A DNA stretch of 63,854 nt, the filler included, from Bigelowiella natans CCMP2755 (taxonomy: Eukaryota > Protista > Cercozoa): NCBI GenBank assembly GCA_000320545.1. It is 4 parts of 4 records of this genome, joined end to end, with 100 filler letters (N's around TTAATTAATTAA, not from the genome) between each part and the next. Parts side by side here need not be neighbours in the genome. Positions count along the whole stretch, not along the records: positions 1 to 21,489 come from ADNK01003047.1; 3 more parts are not named here. The stretch is one strand, 5' to 3'. Shown one piece after another: positions 1 through 13,500 of the stretch (within the stretch, counting starts at the first letter, position 1; each line of letters starts with the position of its first letter). A program made the position numbers and the translations under genes. The notes beneath the pieces are model-generated. The model did not search any database, was not told where the DNA came from, and worked only from the letters and a program-made list of their open reading frames with translations.

Positions 1-293
1 GATCAAGGTCACACACTCACACAACACACACACACACACAAACACACATATATGTGTGTGTGTGGTAGTATTACTACTACTACTATCGCCAGCACAATAC
101 CACTAGTATTACCTGGTTTATCTGCCCGGACGAAATACGTGCGGGTAGGCATGTCATTAGAACGATTGCGTAGTAGGCTGCATGCATACATGATAATAAT
201 GCATTGAGGGGGGGGGGGAGGGGGGGAGGGGGTTAGACAAGGGTCAGAAAGACATCAGGTATGTGCTTGATCCAATTGCGTCGTTTGATAGCA

Positions 294-334
<41 letters not shown>

Positions 335-705
335 TAAGTAGGGTTAAGAAACATCCATTATGATGACGTCAGTTGTCTCTATGAGAGAAGGGGAAAGAAG
401 AAGAGAGTCTGTTTGTAGCCATTATTTTCTATGTAGTTCATATTGGGTTATGTAGCAATTTGAGCACACCAGCATCCGGAATAAGTTTATCGTCAGCATC
501 TGTTAGATTGAGAAATGGGCCGGTGAGCGACCAAGCTACTGAAACAGCTATAGCAACGACGAACAACACCACAAGCGACACTTGAAGCCTACACACACAT
601 TAAAAGTAGCAGTGGGAAAGGAATTGATGTCAGAATATCTACCATGCCAACAACAATTAACATTTACTACTCTCCCTTTCTCTCTCTCTCACTCTCTCTC
701 TCTCC

Positions 706-795
<90 letters not shown>

Positions 796-1446
796 TGAGA
801 GAGGTACCAAACACCGGCGAGCTTCTTGTTCCCAGAGCCGTAGGCTTGAGATGCGAACACGCCAAGAACCTAGATAATAGAGCGGTAAATACAGCGATAA
901 GCGGTATCAGGCCACCACCCACGGCTACTTACTACTGCAGGAACATTATACGGAGTAGGTACAATTCGTGATCGTGACGATGGATATAAGTGCATTAATA
1001 GTTGTCAATGACCCGTCCCATGACAAGGCATCCTGTGCTGGAAGTGTACAAATCTGACAGAGCGACAGCTGCAAGCTCATTGGTCCCAACATGGCCCACC
1101 AACGCCGTATCCGTCGTTTTGATGGTTGTCCAAGCCATGCTGTAAAGAGAGGAGGAGGAGGAGGAGGAGGAGGAGGATAAGGAGGAAGATCAGATAATGC
1201 TACTGCCCCTGATGAGGAATACACCGCTATCCTATCTCTCAGGAAGACGTGCGGATAATAAATAGTCACCAGCGCTAGGAGGCGGGTCAAAGCATATCTC
1301 ACAAAATGTAAAATAATTCATTACCGCGAAAAGAAGATGGGAACAGCTAACCATAGAATGTCTAGGGCCTCTGCACAGAGGGAACGGGGAGTAAGAGTCG
1401 TTAGCTTCGCCGATTCAACATCGCCATTGCTCCGGTCTCCATTCAT
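1..1446 (-). CDS. MATE-family efflux transporter, 5' part (multi-exon; runs off the left edge)
   Basis: GT-AG spliced exons give ...EALDILWLAVPIFFS / MAWTTIKTTDTALVGHVGTNELAAVALSDLYTSSTGCLVMGR / VLGVFASQAYGSGNKKLAGVW / LQVSLVVLFVVAIAVSVAWSLTGPFL... / YYAIVLMTCLPARISSGQINQ. D-x3-VGH-x-G-x2-ELAA and SQAYG are MATE hallmarks. The start ATG at 1446 is tentative. Confidence 0.88.
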
Positions 1447-2184
1447 ATCTGTTTCCGGTTCCGAAGGGCCAAGCTCACTCACTGTCTTACCTACAACAAC
1501 TGCGACAACAACAACAAAAACATCCGCAAAAACAACCAATAATAACCACACCGAAAATGGCCAGAAACAACATCACCAACAACAAAAAAAACAACAACAA
1601 CAACGATAATTCATTTTACATATTCATCTAATAATTTCTTCACTCTAGCAATAATGTCCGTTAGGAAACAAACAACATCCGCTATGAAAATCACTTAGAT
1701 CTAATCGGTAGGAAAACCTAGCTGGGAAGTCAAGGATGCGAACAAAATAACCACTACTAACTTACTGTTCGGTACATCTCACCGTCCTTCGTTAACCAAA
1801 CTACCGTACTTTCCGGCTCGTAGTTTGGTCCAGATTCGACGAGCATACTGACTTGTTTAAGAAATGAGCGATAAGACCTTTTCGTTGTCGTAGGACAAAA
1901 TAGGCATGGAAATCGACCGAACGACCCATTTTGTATCACACTTGCCTTTTTGGCTCTCCACCCACCACCCAACCACTAGGGTGCATTCATCAATCTATCA
2001 AGGGGTTGAGCTGGAATTGAAATCTCTTTCTCTCTTCCGTCCACCTTCTTCTTCCCTCCTTGATCTTACTCACTCGTTGATAGACAGAAGTCTTTCGAAA
2101 AAACCCTGGTAGCTTTGATCAAGTCCTGACTGAATCGCCTGATCGTGGCCCTTCGCTCAGCTATACATTCATTCCACATCTACG

Positions 2185-3346
2185 ATGTTCAGCGCAGCAA
2201 AGGGGGGGTTGCAGAGAGGGCTAAGAAGATATTTTCGTTGTTACTCTGCCACGACTAGCAGTAAAGCAACTGCCTCATCATCGTCATTTGTATTACCGGT
2301 GATGAGAAGGGGCAAGCGAACATTCGTTACAGCACCCTCCTCGACCAACAATCATACATCATTAACGCACAATAATGATAACCGCGGTACTAATGATCCC
2401 ACTCGAAATTGGAATCAGCATGGTACCGATGTTCCTCATCGGAAGGGGAAGCCTACGGCGAAGACAACAATGCTAAGGACAGTGAAGTTAAATAGCATGG
2501 CAGGTGAAATCAGATTTGCGGAAGATATACAAAGTATTCGGGATGAATGCAAAGCCTGCATTGACGATTTGGGCGAGCAGCCAATAGTATACAAGTGTTG
2601 GATAAAAGCATGTGCAAAGGTGGCTCTAGCAGAAGAAGCAGAGGAAGTATTCAACCTATTGATATCGAAGAACCTACAAACTCCTGGCATTAAAGTGTAT
2701 GGTAAAGTGGCAGAGGCTTATGCAAAGAAGGGGGATCCTGATGGCGTCATCCGATGGATAGGGAAAATGCAGGAGAACGGTAATAGCGACAAAGAAGATG
2801 ATAATACAACACCAACAATAACAATTGGCAATGCCTTTGACCATTAAAAATGGAACGTAAGATTGTACTACAACACGCTGAATGAAAACATTTCATGTCG
2901 CCGTACATAGGGTTCAAGCATAACAGAATAACACAGAACCTTCTGCTTCTCGCCTACGCACAAGCGGGGGATTTCGAGACCGCGGAGTCGATTCTTGATT
3001 CAATGCGAAGAGGAGTAGGAGGAGGAGGGGAAGGAATTCAAATAAAGGGGGAAGAAAGTGGTGGTAGTGGTGGTGATGTTGTTGTGCAGCAAGAAAGTAG
3101 TGGAGATCACCTCGAGTTTCTCCCTGACTATGTGGCCATAACGTCGCTTCTCCATGCGTATTCACAAGCTGACCAACCGAAGAAGGCATATCAGCTATTC
3201 AGGTAGCACTGAGCGTTATCTAGCCATAGGAATAGGAGGTGTAGTCGTAGTAGCAATAGATAGTAGTTGTCTCAAGCATGAACTACAACTGTGTGTCATG
3301 CAATCATAGCACTAAAATTCCTTAAAAGGAAAAATATGCATGCATG

Positions 3347-3383
<37 letters not shown>

Positions 3384-4343
3384 GGGAGTCAATATGATAA
3401 CCTCAACTACCAACCACTGCGATGCAAGATCCGTCGATATAGATGAGCACGTGTTACTATCACATATTTTTCCTTTTACAAAAATAGAACCCCATACACT
3501 GCAATAGGAGAATGCAAAGAGATAGAATGCACGTTGACCTATACGCATGGCACTCCGTGATGGATGCATGGGTGCGGGCTGGAGAGCTAGCAAAAGCTGA
3601 ATCTATCTTCGAGGAGCTCAAGCGGCTTGCTCGGAACAGCAATAGCAATGACCTCATGCCGAATGAGCGCACTTACAGTATCATTATCAAAGGCTGCAAA
3701 CAGGCAAAAGCTGATAGGTTCTTCTGTGCTTGTGTTGCTTGTTCGTTCATCCGTTGTTGTCACATGACGACGGTCGTTTGCATCAGTGTATAGCTAGCCA
3801 CCAAATTCTAGTCATCCTGATGTATATGTTGATGTTGTATTGTGCGCGATCACTAGGTACTGGGAAGAGATGCGACGCCAGAATATCGAGCCCGATGAAT
3901 ACGTTCTCCAAGCCATTTCCTCTGTGTACGTGGACACTATCAAGCAGCCAGATTTAATAATAGCAAAGCTGAAGTCCCTCGAGGAAAGCTTGATGAAAGG
4001 AAATAACCGCAGCGCAGCTGAGTACCCTGGGCTGTGGAAAAACTACCTTAGAGCATACTGTGGGATACAACAACCACAAATCGCCATCCAATACCTTGAA
4101 AAAATCAAGAAGAGTAACAGGGTATCCAGGACGGACTACAATAACATCATATCTTCTTTCTGCAGATTAGGTACTACTACTAACTGCTGCTGGTGGTGGG
4201 GGGGGGGGAGGGCTGGTGTGAAGATCATTAGGGAAGGGGGGGTTAACGGAAAGGCCGAGTCGGATTGAGGAGAACATTGTAGGAATGATACTGTTTGATC
4301 GCTCCTTGGGCCTTTCTCTTCTTATTCTAATCATCATCAGCAT

Positions 4344-4381
<38 letters not shown>

Positions 4382-4671
4382 AGGGAGGGATTCCTTGTAT
4401 ATATCATAACTATTTTCACCTATTCGGTGGCTGATAGCAAATGCGACAAATGCTCAGGGGATGTGAAGAATATGGAATACTTTGCTTTGGAGTTCGGCCG
4501 GAGCTTTGCGATAGGCTCGTAATACGATGACGACTATGCTATGATGCACCCCACCATCCACTCCTCCTCTCACGCACAAATTATAGATAATATGCTAGTG
4601 GTAGCAGTGATAGCAAGAGATGATCGGTAGGTAGGTTGGTAGGTAGGTAGTAGTGCTGCCATAAGTTGTTC

Positions 4672-4718
<47 letters not shown>

Positions 4719-6220
4719 CCATCAACTTCGCACATCATGATGATGATGATGATGATACTGAGTGACCCATGCGACAGATACACATATTCCTCCCTTTTGA
4801 ACGGATACGCAATGGTTGGGGACGTGAAGAAAGCCATAGAGACCTTTGAGAAGATGGAGGAGGCGGGCACCATCCTTCCCTCGGGGTCGTCGGAAAGAGA
4901 TCGGTCTTATTACGATCGCGCATACACCCTTATAGCGAAAGCGGCCATAGTGGCAGGGGACTTCAAGTGTGCAGAGGAGTGGATGGACAAAGGAAGCAGG
5001 GACAATGATAATATGTACGGTAAGAAGAAGATAAACGACAACAACAACCACAACAACAATGATAATATGTACGGTAAGAAGAAGATAAACGACAACAACA
5101 ACCACAACAACAGCAAGCAAACAAAAAGATCATAATCATCATAGATTGCCATTGTCGTCATTCTTCTTCATCATCATCATCATCATCATCATGATTATAT
5201 CAGGAACAATAATAAACACATGCATTACTGCCAACCATTACGAGAAGGCCGAGGAAGTCTTTGAGAAGATGCGATCGTGTATACCGGGGCTACGTGCCCG
5301 TCATTATGCGATATTCATCAGCGGTTTGGGGAAAAGGGGTGATGCTTGTAAAGCTGAGCGATGGATGGAAAAGTCAATAGATGGTAATAAAAAGGCCTAA
5401 AAATAAAATATCGATAAACGGCAGCAGCCAGTAGTTTTTCCTCTGGTTTTATTCTATCCTGCTGAAAGATGATGATCAGCAATCTCACGACGACGATAAT
5501 GATGATGATGGTGGTGGTGGTGGTGGTGGTCTACATGATAGAGAATTTCACTTGTTTGCCTTTATCATATACCTTACCGTTGCGGTGTTGTGTTCCTGCC
5601 GCTAACAATCGTTCAGAGCTTAAGCACCTTCCCTCCAGTGAGCTCGAAATCAACTTTGGCCTCATTTTGAAATACTGCAGCCCGGATCGATTAGAGTAGG
5701 AGCAACAAGTGGTGGAGGGTGATGTGCAGTGGATCGTGTTGTAGGATATTCTCTCGAGAGAAATCGATAATATTTGAGTCGTCGAGTGTAAATAACTTCT
5801 CTTATACCCATGAGAAAGCAAAAAGGTGAAGGATTATTTTTATGATCCATTCTCTTCAGGTTCTGGTTAGATCGCGTCCGTTCCGTAAATCTCACGCCCA
5901 ACTTGATCATGTACTCAACGGTCATGGAAAGGAATAAAGATTTCAGCAGAGTTTGGGAGATTTTTAAGCAGATAAAGCAGGACCATCGACGGTTCGTGAG
6001 GAACAAAATCGATGTCTACACCTGGTTGCTGAAGGCGATTGTCACGCTTTCAAACGATTCCCGCGACCTCTTCACCTCGTGCTTGAAAGAAATGGAACGA
6101 TTAGGAATGAATCCGAGGGGACACACCGCTACGAGAGAGCTTATCAAAGAACACCGCCGTTTGCTAGAACTGAAAGAATCGAACAAAGAGGAGACGGGGG
6201 AGGCGGATGACAAATTATAA
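2185..6220 (+). CDS. Pentatricopeptide-repeat (PPR) protein, probably mitochondrion-targeted (about 9 exons)
   Basis: Repeated PPR-like motifs: DYVAITSLLHAYSQADQPKKAYQLFRRM, DLYAWHSVMDAWVRAGELAKAESIFEEL, PNERTYSIIIKG, YTYSSLLNGYAMVGDVKKAIETFEKM, HYAIFISGLGKRGD. The N-terminus is Arg/Ser-rich and acid-free. All introns can be closed as GT-AG in frame. Confidence 0.9.
5002..5111 (+). repeat. Exact 54-bp tandem duplication spanning a 5' splice site of the PPR gene
   Basis: ACAATGATAATATGTACG|GTAAGAAGAAGATAAACGACAACAACAACCACAACA occurs at 5002 and again at 5056. Confidence 0.9.
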
Positions 6221-6489
6221 AACTGGTAGCCATACTCCCACGCATGAGCCTAGCTGAAAACATAGTTCTCATCATTTTCTAACAAGCCCTCATCATATAT
6301 GTGAGGCCCGTGGTCAAGTTATACATGCTGTATTTCACTGTCTACCTGGTAAATAATGATGCCTGGTCAATATATCAACATCTACTGCACGGATGTGTGG
6401 AGGGGGTGGGTTGCTCTAAAGACCTCAAGCTAGCATGTATGTTATGTGGTGTTGTCAACGATGAAGGCACATACTCCTGCTAGGCATGA

Positions 6490-7016
6490 ACTTACTACTA
6501 TGCCCACTTGCAGCGCGAGTCTATATACGGTATCTGACGTACGTCATCATCTAGTCATCATGACAGCACTAGCAGCGCAGTCATAGACGAGTTGTTGCAG
6601 CGCTGCACGTGGCTCCATCTAGCTTATTACCTAGTTATTATTGTGCCATTACACCATGCATATCGCATGCACGCTACGCGTAACTAGATAAATGCAACAC
6701 GTACGACGCATGATGTGCTCGTACGTGCTAGCTGGTCGTACGTCGCTAGCTGGCGAACGCACGTACGCTACTACGCGCGTGGGTAATTGCGTGGATCATG
6801 TACAAGTTGACTTGTGTGCCACGACGCTTGTTGCACGTACGTGGCGGCAGCACAACCACGCTACATGTACACGCACGTGTCGCGATCGTACGTGCATCCG
6901 CACAATTGTCTAGACTACTAGACAATGACAATGAGCTCTGATGAGCTCAGTACGTCGACATGCACGCTAGCTAGCTACGCGCGCTAGCACATGCATCCTT
7001 ATGCATGCATCATGTA

Positions 7017-7062
<46 letters not shown>

Positions 7063-7230
7063 TGTACGGAGCATTTGGCTCTGAAAAGTAAGCTGCAATC
7101 GATCATGGTATTTATACATCGTCTCGTGGAGGATACTACTTGTATATTCCACAAACATTATGGACTACCCATTGTACATCTAGCATGCGTAGCACGTGCT
7201 ACACACACGTATTGCTAATTAATGTACGAT
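6490..7230. other. Palindrome-rich, purine/pyrimidine-alternating tract 1 (convergent junction PPR/GTPase)
   Basis: Dense TGCA, CGTACG, GCTAGC and CATG words. Hand count over 6721-6780: 6 of 59 dinucleotides are AA/TT/CC/GG/GA/TC, against about 22 expected at equal base use. Boundaries are approximate. Confidence 0.8.
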
Positions 7231-7260
7231 AGCAGGGGTCTATATATGCGTGTCTGTCTA

Positions 7261-7300
<40 letters not shown>

Positions 7301-7708
7301 TGTGTGTTTACACGGGTAGACTAGAAGCCCGCATAAATCAAATCGAAGCATTCAGTATCTTGGCCTCTCCCCTCTCACATCACGGTGCAAATCCCAGCTG
7401 AGAACAAAAACGACCCAATTAGAGAAGAGACAGGGAGGAGGCATGGTTGATTATCGCACTACCTTCGCAACCTCCACGTTGTCGCTGGGAGTTTACGATC
7501 GAGCTGGTGGAAGGGAAGAGCCTGCAGCAAGAAGTAGTTGTACCGCACTCGATTTAGAACCAACAAACAATATTGCGTGCGTAATGATGATGATAATAAT
7601 ATATGGACTAGCTGTCACCATCGCTCTCATTTGCGCTATTAACATAGTAGTAGTAGTAGAAGAAGAAGTAGCATACTGCTAGACGCGGTTAGCGATTAAC
7701 TTGTTTTA

Positions 7709-8127
7709 CTACTTTTGTAATGGCTGGGTTGAATTCAAACGCTTTGCAATTTTGTCCATCAGACTCTGAGAAACGAAGAATGCGAATGAGAATGATGATG
7801 TGCTGATGATGATGATGATGATGATGATGGGGGTGTGAATAACAAAAATGACTCAATCATTACCACGTTCTTTGGTGGCTATCAACACGTAGCAGTGACA
7901 TATCATTAATACTGTTTTCAGAATTGCTTCAAGTACTTGACAGATGGAAACGAGTAGTGCGTGACAGAGTAGCGCATGTTGTATGTAGCAGGTTGGTGGG
8001 TCACAAAACAAGCACTGTTCGTCATCGATTCATTATCTTCCCTAATTCTTCCTTTTTCATCTTGTGGTATTGATTATTACATTGATTCCCTCGGTTGTTT
8101 TGACATTGACTCTATAGAACTTAGCCC

Positions 8128-8166
<39 letters not shown>

Positions 8167-9912
8167 GTATGCGAAGACAGCAGTGACAGAAAGGAGAGAC
8201 CCAGAATGTAAAGTAGTAAATGATGATGCGGATGATGCGGAAGAAGAACATCAGTTTTTAGCTCAAAAAAGGTGCCATGTGATTGGGAAGAAGCTAGCAC
8301 AATGTTATTGTTGATGCTGATGCTGCTGCTGCTGCATATAGTGAGAGGATTAGTCATGTGACCCATTCTTTTGTCTTCCTTTCCATGTCCTTGATGTTGC
8401 TTCTTCTTATCTGAGCAGCAGCGCATGATGCTCACAATTATGATGATAATGCGAGGATGATGATGATGATGATGAGGAGGAGGAGGAGGAGGTGCAGGAG
8501 GATGATAGCAATGTAATAACCATCATCAGAGGAAGCAGCAAGGATCGAGCAGCATGCACAACTACGATGAGGCATTTGTCATCATCATCACCATCATCAC
8601 CAATTTAATACTTCTACTACTACTACTACGTGTCGCCTTCTACAAATGCTACAGCTGCGACTACCACTACTACTACTATTCTTGCTGCTACTGTTGGTGG
8701 TACTGTTGATGTGATATACCTGCTTCACACGCATGATACTTCCTTCATTCTCCACAACCTAGTAGTCGTGACAGGTATAAGACAACAAAACACAGCAATA
8801 AATAACAGCGAATCCAGGGCGAAATATGCTGCTGTGCTGCACTGAAAAGTAGTCTGACTACTTCTACAACTAGTAGTAGTAGTAGTAGTAGTAAGTACCC
8901 AGATAGGTTTCTTCTTGGTCTCCTCATACACTTGGGTCACGACGTGTAGGAGCTGAAACGCCTGCATCACGAGTAGTAGTAGTAGTTAGTAGTGGTAGGT
9001 ACCAAGAACTTCCATCAAAGCTTCACCATGTACACTATCAGCGCCAATACTAATAATATTGACAATGTCGACTTGACCCCTCCTCCCCCTCTTCTACCAA
9101 CTGTATTCGTGATCTTACCATGATCTTCGTAACAGGATCTTCACTTGAGTACATAATGAGAAATCCGGAGATTGAAGCTAGATCTTGGCCCTCTTTTCCC
9201 TGTGATAGTAGTGGTAGTAGTAGTAGTAGTAGTAGTAGTAGCGGTACATAAGTAATAATAAGTGTCAGCAGCCAACATAACATAAATCTCCACAAAGTGT
9301 GCTACTTACTATGCCGTTTTCTAATTTAAACATTAATACATTCTTCTTCTTCTTCTTCTTCTTCTTCTTTTTTTCTTCGTCTCTCGTCCACTGGGACAAG
9401 TGGAACTTCTACTTCTATTACCTACCTTCTACTACTAAATACTCTGCTGCTACGAAGCTAGCAATGTAGTTCTTCTCATTCTATTTCTGTTTTGTTCTTT
9501 CATCACTGTTTATTACCCTGAAGTAGGATATTATTTGCGGGTCGTTCTCAATATCCCAGATCTAAATGGAATAAAAGACAGGCCAGGAGATTAAGCATCA
9601 TAAAACACATGCAAAAATGCGTGCCCTCCAACAAATAGAGCAAGGGCGTTTCTACAATAATCTGGTCAAACAAGTGGGCTGCAAGCTGCGAAAGTGAGTA
9701 ATCCCGCTTTAGTTTAGATGGTGATGACGACGACGATGAAGGTTCGCAATGTACCTCTTTATCATCTGGCATTAAATCCAAAATTTTGTCATCTAGTCCC
9801 GGTGTGTCAATGAACTCAAGCCTTTAATAAAGATACACAGCGATGAATATGATGGTTTACTTTAAAAAATATTGTATAAAATCATAAAAATCATATATAC
9901 ATTTTCAAGCAT

Positions 9913-9971
<59 letters not shown>

Positions 9972-10286
9972 ATTGCGTAGTAAATTTATTGTAAATATGT
10001 GTAACATAGGTACAAGTTTCCAAAAATAAGACCACTATTTGATGATGACTAAATTTTACCTTCTCTTGACATCGTAAAAGCTCACCACACGCTTACTTTT
10101 ATAGTACTCATCGTCGAATTCGCGACTGGTCACTGCGCTCAGAAGCGAGGTCTTTCCAACCTAACATTAGAAGGATAATCAGAAATTACTCCTGCAAATA
10201 TTTGCGGTTCACATTTATTAACACTGGATGTCAACTACCTTCTTTGAGCCCAGCATGAGCACCTTCCTGTAGCGAATGTCGGACAT
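7709..10286 (-). CDS. Atypical Ras-superfamily small GTPase (multi-exon; possible further 5' exons to about 10750)
   Basis: Spliced product: MSDIRYRKVLMLGSKK/VGKTSLLSAVTSREFDDEYYK.../LEFIDTPGLDD.../GFLIMYSSED.../KKPIW/VVENEGS.../GAKFYRVNVKTTEGIN/SLMDKIAKRLNSTQPLQK*. G1 (GSKKVGKT) and G3 (DTPG) are clear; G4 and G5 are degenerate. Confidence 0.78.
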
Positions 10287-11239
10287 ATTGGACTATAAAG
10301 TGTCTTTTTTCGCACTGCTAAATGCAACAACAAAAATATCAAAACAAGTTACCAAGATGAGTGAATAATCTGGTACGCTTTCGTATTTTTTTTGCCTTTT
10401 TGGTTGGGTCGTGACCTTTCTCAGAAGCCCACTGGAGTTATCTGTGTTGTGTTGTTTGATTGTGGAGAGGCGGGTTGCGATCTTCTTTCGTGACCGAACG
10501 ATTCTTCGTCGTCTTCGTCTTCTTCGTCCTCCTCTTCTTCTTGTTCTCCTTCTTCTATGCAGGGGATTTATTCAGAACGACATCCAAAAATAAAGAATAT
10601 TCAAAATAAATGCCATTCTATTTGTACCTATTTTTGTAACATATCTTGTCGTTGGCGCGCTTCGCCTTGCAGACATGCTACGCTGCTGTTCAATGCTGGC
10701 ATTTTCATGTGCATTTTGAAGAGCGACAACAATATTCCCATGTCTTTTTTAATAGTTTCTGTAACATTTTATTTGCAGTATTGTGGTGTGTTCACTCGTA
10801 ACTTAACATCATTACAACATCAAGTGTTTCAAGACATACGACAAGTTATTTTTATCAGCAAAAATACAAAATGGGAAAATATTCTTCGGACAGATCTGCA
10901 AGCGCACATGGACTACAGATCTGCTGCAACAACATCCCAACAACAACAAACTAGACTCTACGAAATAGACCCTTCATCAAACCCCGTTCCTATTTACAAA
11001 AAATATAGAACCAAACGGTTGTCGCACCATTGAAAAGGATGCAAACTGATGCGAATTCCACTATTGATCCTTCCTCACTCGGATTTACCAGCATACTCTA
11101 AAAAGGAGAGCAAGAGGAGGGAGGAGGGATAGGACAGACAGGGACGGTTAAGCGTCTCTGTGCAACCAATAAACCCCAAATCCGTATTTTCCCTTCTTCA
11201 CTCACTTCATCTTGCCACTTGACGAATCCAAGTTGAACG

Positions 11240-13044
11240 ATGGTTACTAAACAAGGTCAAAACCAGAACAACATAAAAAGGAGTCGAAACTAATTGCTTC
11301 AGCAATTGATTGCCCATGTGAGGAGATGAAATTCCACAAAATAACAGTCTAATATTGATTTCACACTAAGGGGAGGTTCTATACAAGGAACCAGAAGGTA
11401 TACTTTTCCAAGGGTACTTGCAAAAGCAGGGGGCAATAAACAAAGCGTTCAAAACGCGGTACTTCAGACTAGTCGAGCGCCCTTGCCAGGTCTTTTATCC
11501 GTGTAATTTGTACCCCCAAGCATTCCAAAGCAAAGCTTAATCCTGTCGCCCTCATCAAAATTGATTCTGGTTCTTCTCCCCCTCCATCATCTTCAGGTTT
11601 GGTATTACAAGAATGAGTCCTCTAGAACACCACGGGGTGGCATTAAATTGTGTAACAGCGGTGTGGAGATAACGACCAGTATCCCTTGCATGGTATGTAC
11701 GTGTTATCAAAACTTAAAACTTGTTTTTGTATTAGATGCACGTGCTTCTGAGCAGCATTCTGTTCTATTGTTTTTAAGATTCATGTGAAGACAGGCTCAA
11801 GAACCTACACACTGCAAGCGGTTATTATTTTACGCAATCACAAGCACACACAAACATACACGTATATATCATATCATAGTTAGTTGATATATATAATTTT
11901 TATCTATGATGAGTTCATAGCGATGCACTTTTATCAATTGATGGATGATTCATGTGCATGTTTAGTATATGCAAACGATTTGTACAGTGTTAACGAGCAG
12001 CATTACTAACACAACAACTTGTTTCAGAAATCAGAAGTTGAGGCTGCTGAATGGACGAAAGTGATGGGAGGTTACAAGATACTCATGTTAACTATGGCTT
12101 TTCGTCATCGTTGTCGTTGTCGTATTTTGTGTGTCAGCAATCGTCATCGTGTGCGGAGTTGGTTTGATATGACTCAGTTTATTCTTAGAATCTCGTAAAC
12201 TAGCATGGAAAGTAGTCGGACATCCATTGATACTTACGAACACACTTGCATACATACAAGAACGCATAAATTTGGTTATTCTGCAGATGCTATTAATGAA
12301 GAAAAGAAGCGACGGAGAAAGTAAGATGAGTGCTTGTGCCGTCTTTGTAATGCTATAGACAATGCCATTATCATTTTAATCTGCTGCTGTTTTTGAATGC
12401 AAGTAAAGTCGTCGTTCGCTGCCCACTTCATAGTGACAAATGTTTTTCTTACGCTGAACAAAACACAGGAAAGTGGAGAGAACGTGGCAGAAAATGAAGA
12501 AGGAGAAAGGCACAGAAGACGATGGGGACAGGGGAAAGATGTCCGGTAGTTTGAAGAAAGATAAAATTAATCAGCCAGATTTTCGCGGAAGAAACGATGA
12601 AAAGACGGGTTCTAGTAATGATAATAACCCTCCGCTGACTCATAGAGTGGCACCGACCGGAAGAAAAGGTTGTAGACAAGTACCGTATCCTCTGCTTTTT
12701 AAGGGGGGGGTTTGATCGACATCTCAACATGTCTTTGAACTAGAAATTTGATGTGAAGATCTTCACCAAAAGATGATAATAGAACCACTTTCTCGCTATC
12801 GTTCTTTCCACAGTGGTGCTTCCTCCTCCTCTTAACATTCAAAAAATGCCTGGTACTTACTTACGCGATTTTAGACGTTCAAGCTGAAGGTAGTAACGAT
12901 CAGCAGCATCAGGAGGAGGAGGAGGAGAAACAAAACTTACAGCAGCAGCTGCAGCAGCAACAACAGCAGCAGCATCTTCACAATCCATCTACACTGAAAC
13001 CGAAAACGATAGATACGGCTACTCCTACTACCACCTCACCCTGA
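11240..13044 (+). CDS. PH-domain protein with low-complexity charged/poly-Q tail
   Basis: Spliced product: ILFQGYLQKQGAINKAFKTRYFRL.../VWYYKNESSRTPRGGIKL.../IHVKTGSRTYTLQA/KSEVEAAEWTKVMG. This matches the PH pattern GYLxKxG...KxRYFxL...YYK...PRGxIxL...RTYxLxA...EW. Confidence 0.88.
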
Positions 13045-13454
13045 TCTACAACATCATGATGCATCTGGTAAGTGATAATAGCAATGCGGGAAAAAGAAAA
13101 TCCTAGATTTATTCAGTAGTTTGTGATTCCTCATCATACCATTTAAGCTTCTCTGAGTTCAGTTAATCTTCTTGATTCTGTCCTATGTTGCATGCTCCAA
13201 CGCGAGTTGTTGGATAGGGGACTAAGTAAGCGCATTTATCGATTTTCTAAGTCTTTTTCTACTCGTTATTGCTCTCACATAGGAGCCACTTGTGTGCGAA
13301 CATCATTCAAGGAGGATTCTCTGCGTAAAACTTAGATGCCTCATCACTCCCCATTCAATACTAGAAAGGTTGCGCCCCGCCCTGTAAACTTGCTTGTGTT
13401 GTGTAATAGGAAACATATTACATGCGAGCTCATATGCTGTGAGATGATAAGAAG

Positions 13455-13499
<45 letters not shown>

Positions 13500-13500
<1 letters not shown>

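Noticed and set aside
582-971. Many ORF-track entries with poly-LS, CV, HT, YI or ER runs
   Set aside because: Translations of intronic microsatellites that lack stop codons.
1795-1829. 10-bp inverted repeat ACCAAACTAC/GTAGTTTGGT in the MATE-PPR spacer
   Set aside because: Isolated hairpin with no recognisable RNA-gene features or second copy.
6931-6960. CTGATGAG hammerhead-like core within TGAGCTC-TGAT-GAGCTCA
   Set aside because: No downstream GAAA or stem II/III; explained as a local palindrome in tract 1.
7019-7059. Similar lengths (about 30-50 bp) of many (TA)n and (CA)n tracts
   Set aside because: Probably collapse of longer arrays by short-read assembly; cannot be treated as biological.
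10064-10096. Apparent 16-nt GT-AG micro-intron in the GTPase gene
   Set aside because: Reading through it keeps the frame to the next exon, whereas removing 16 nt would break it.
11144-11152. ACGGTTAAG shared with 32024-32032 in two divergent spacers
   Set aside because: A single 9-mer match among several 0.5-1 kb spacers is expected by chance; not noticed in the other spacers.
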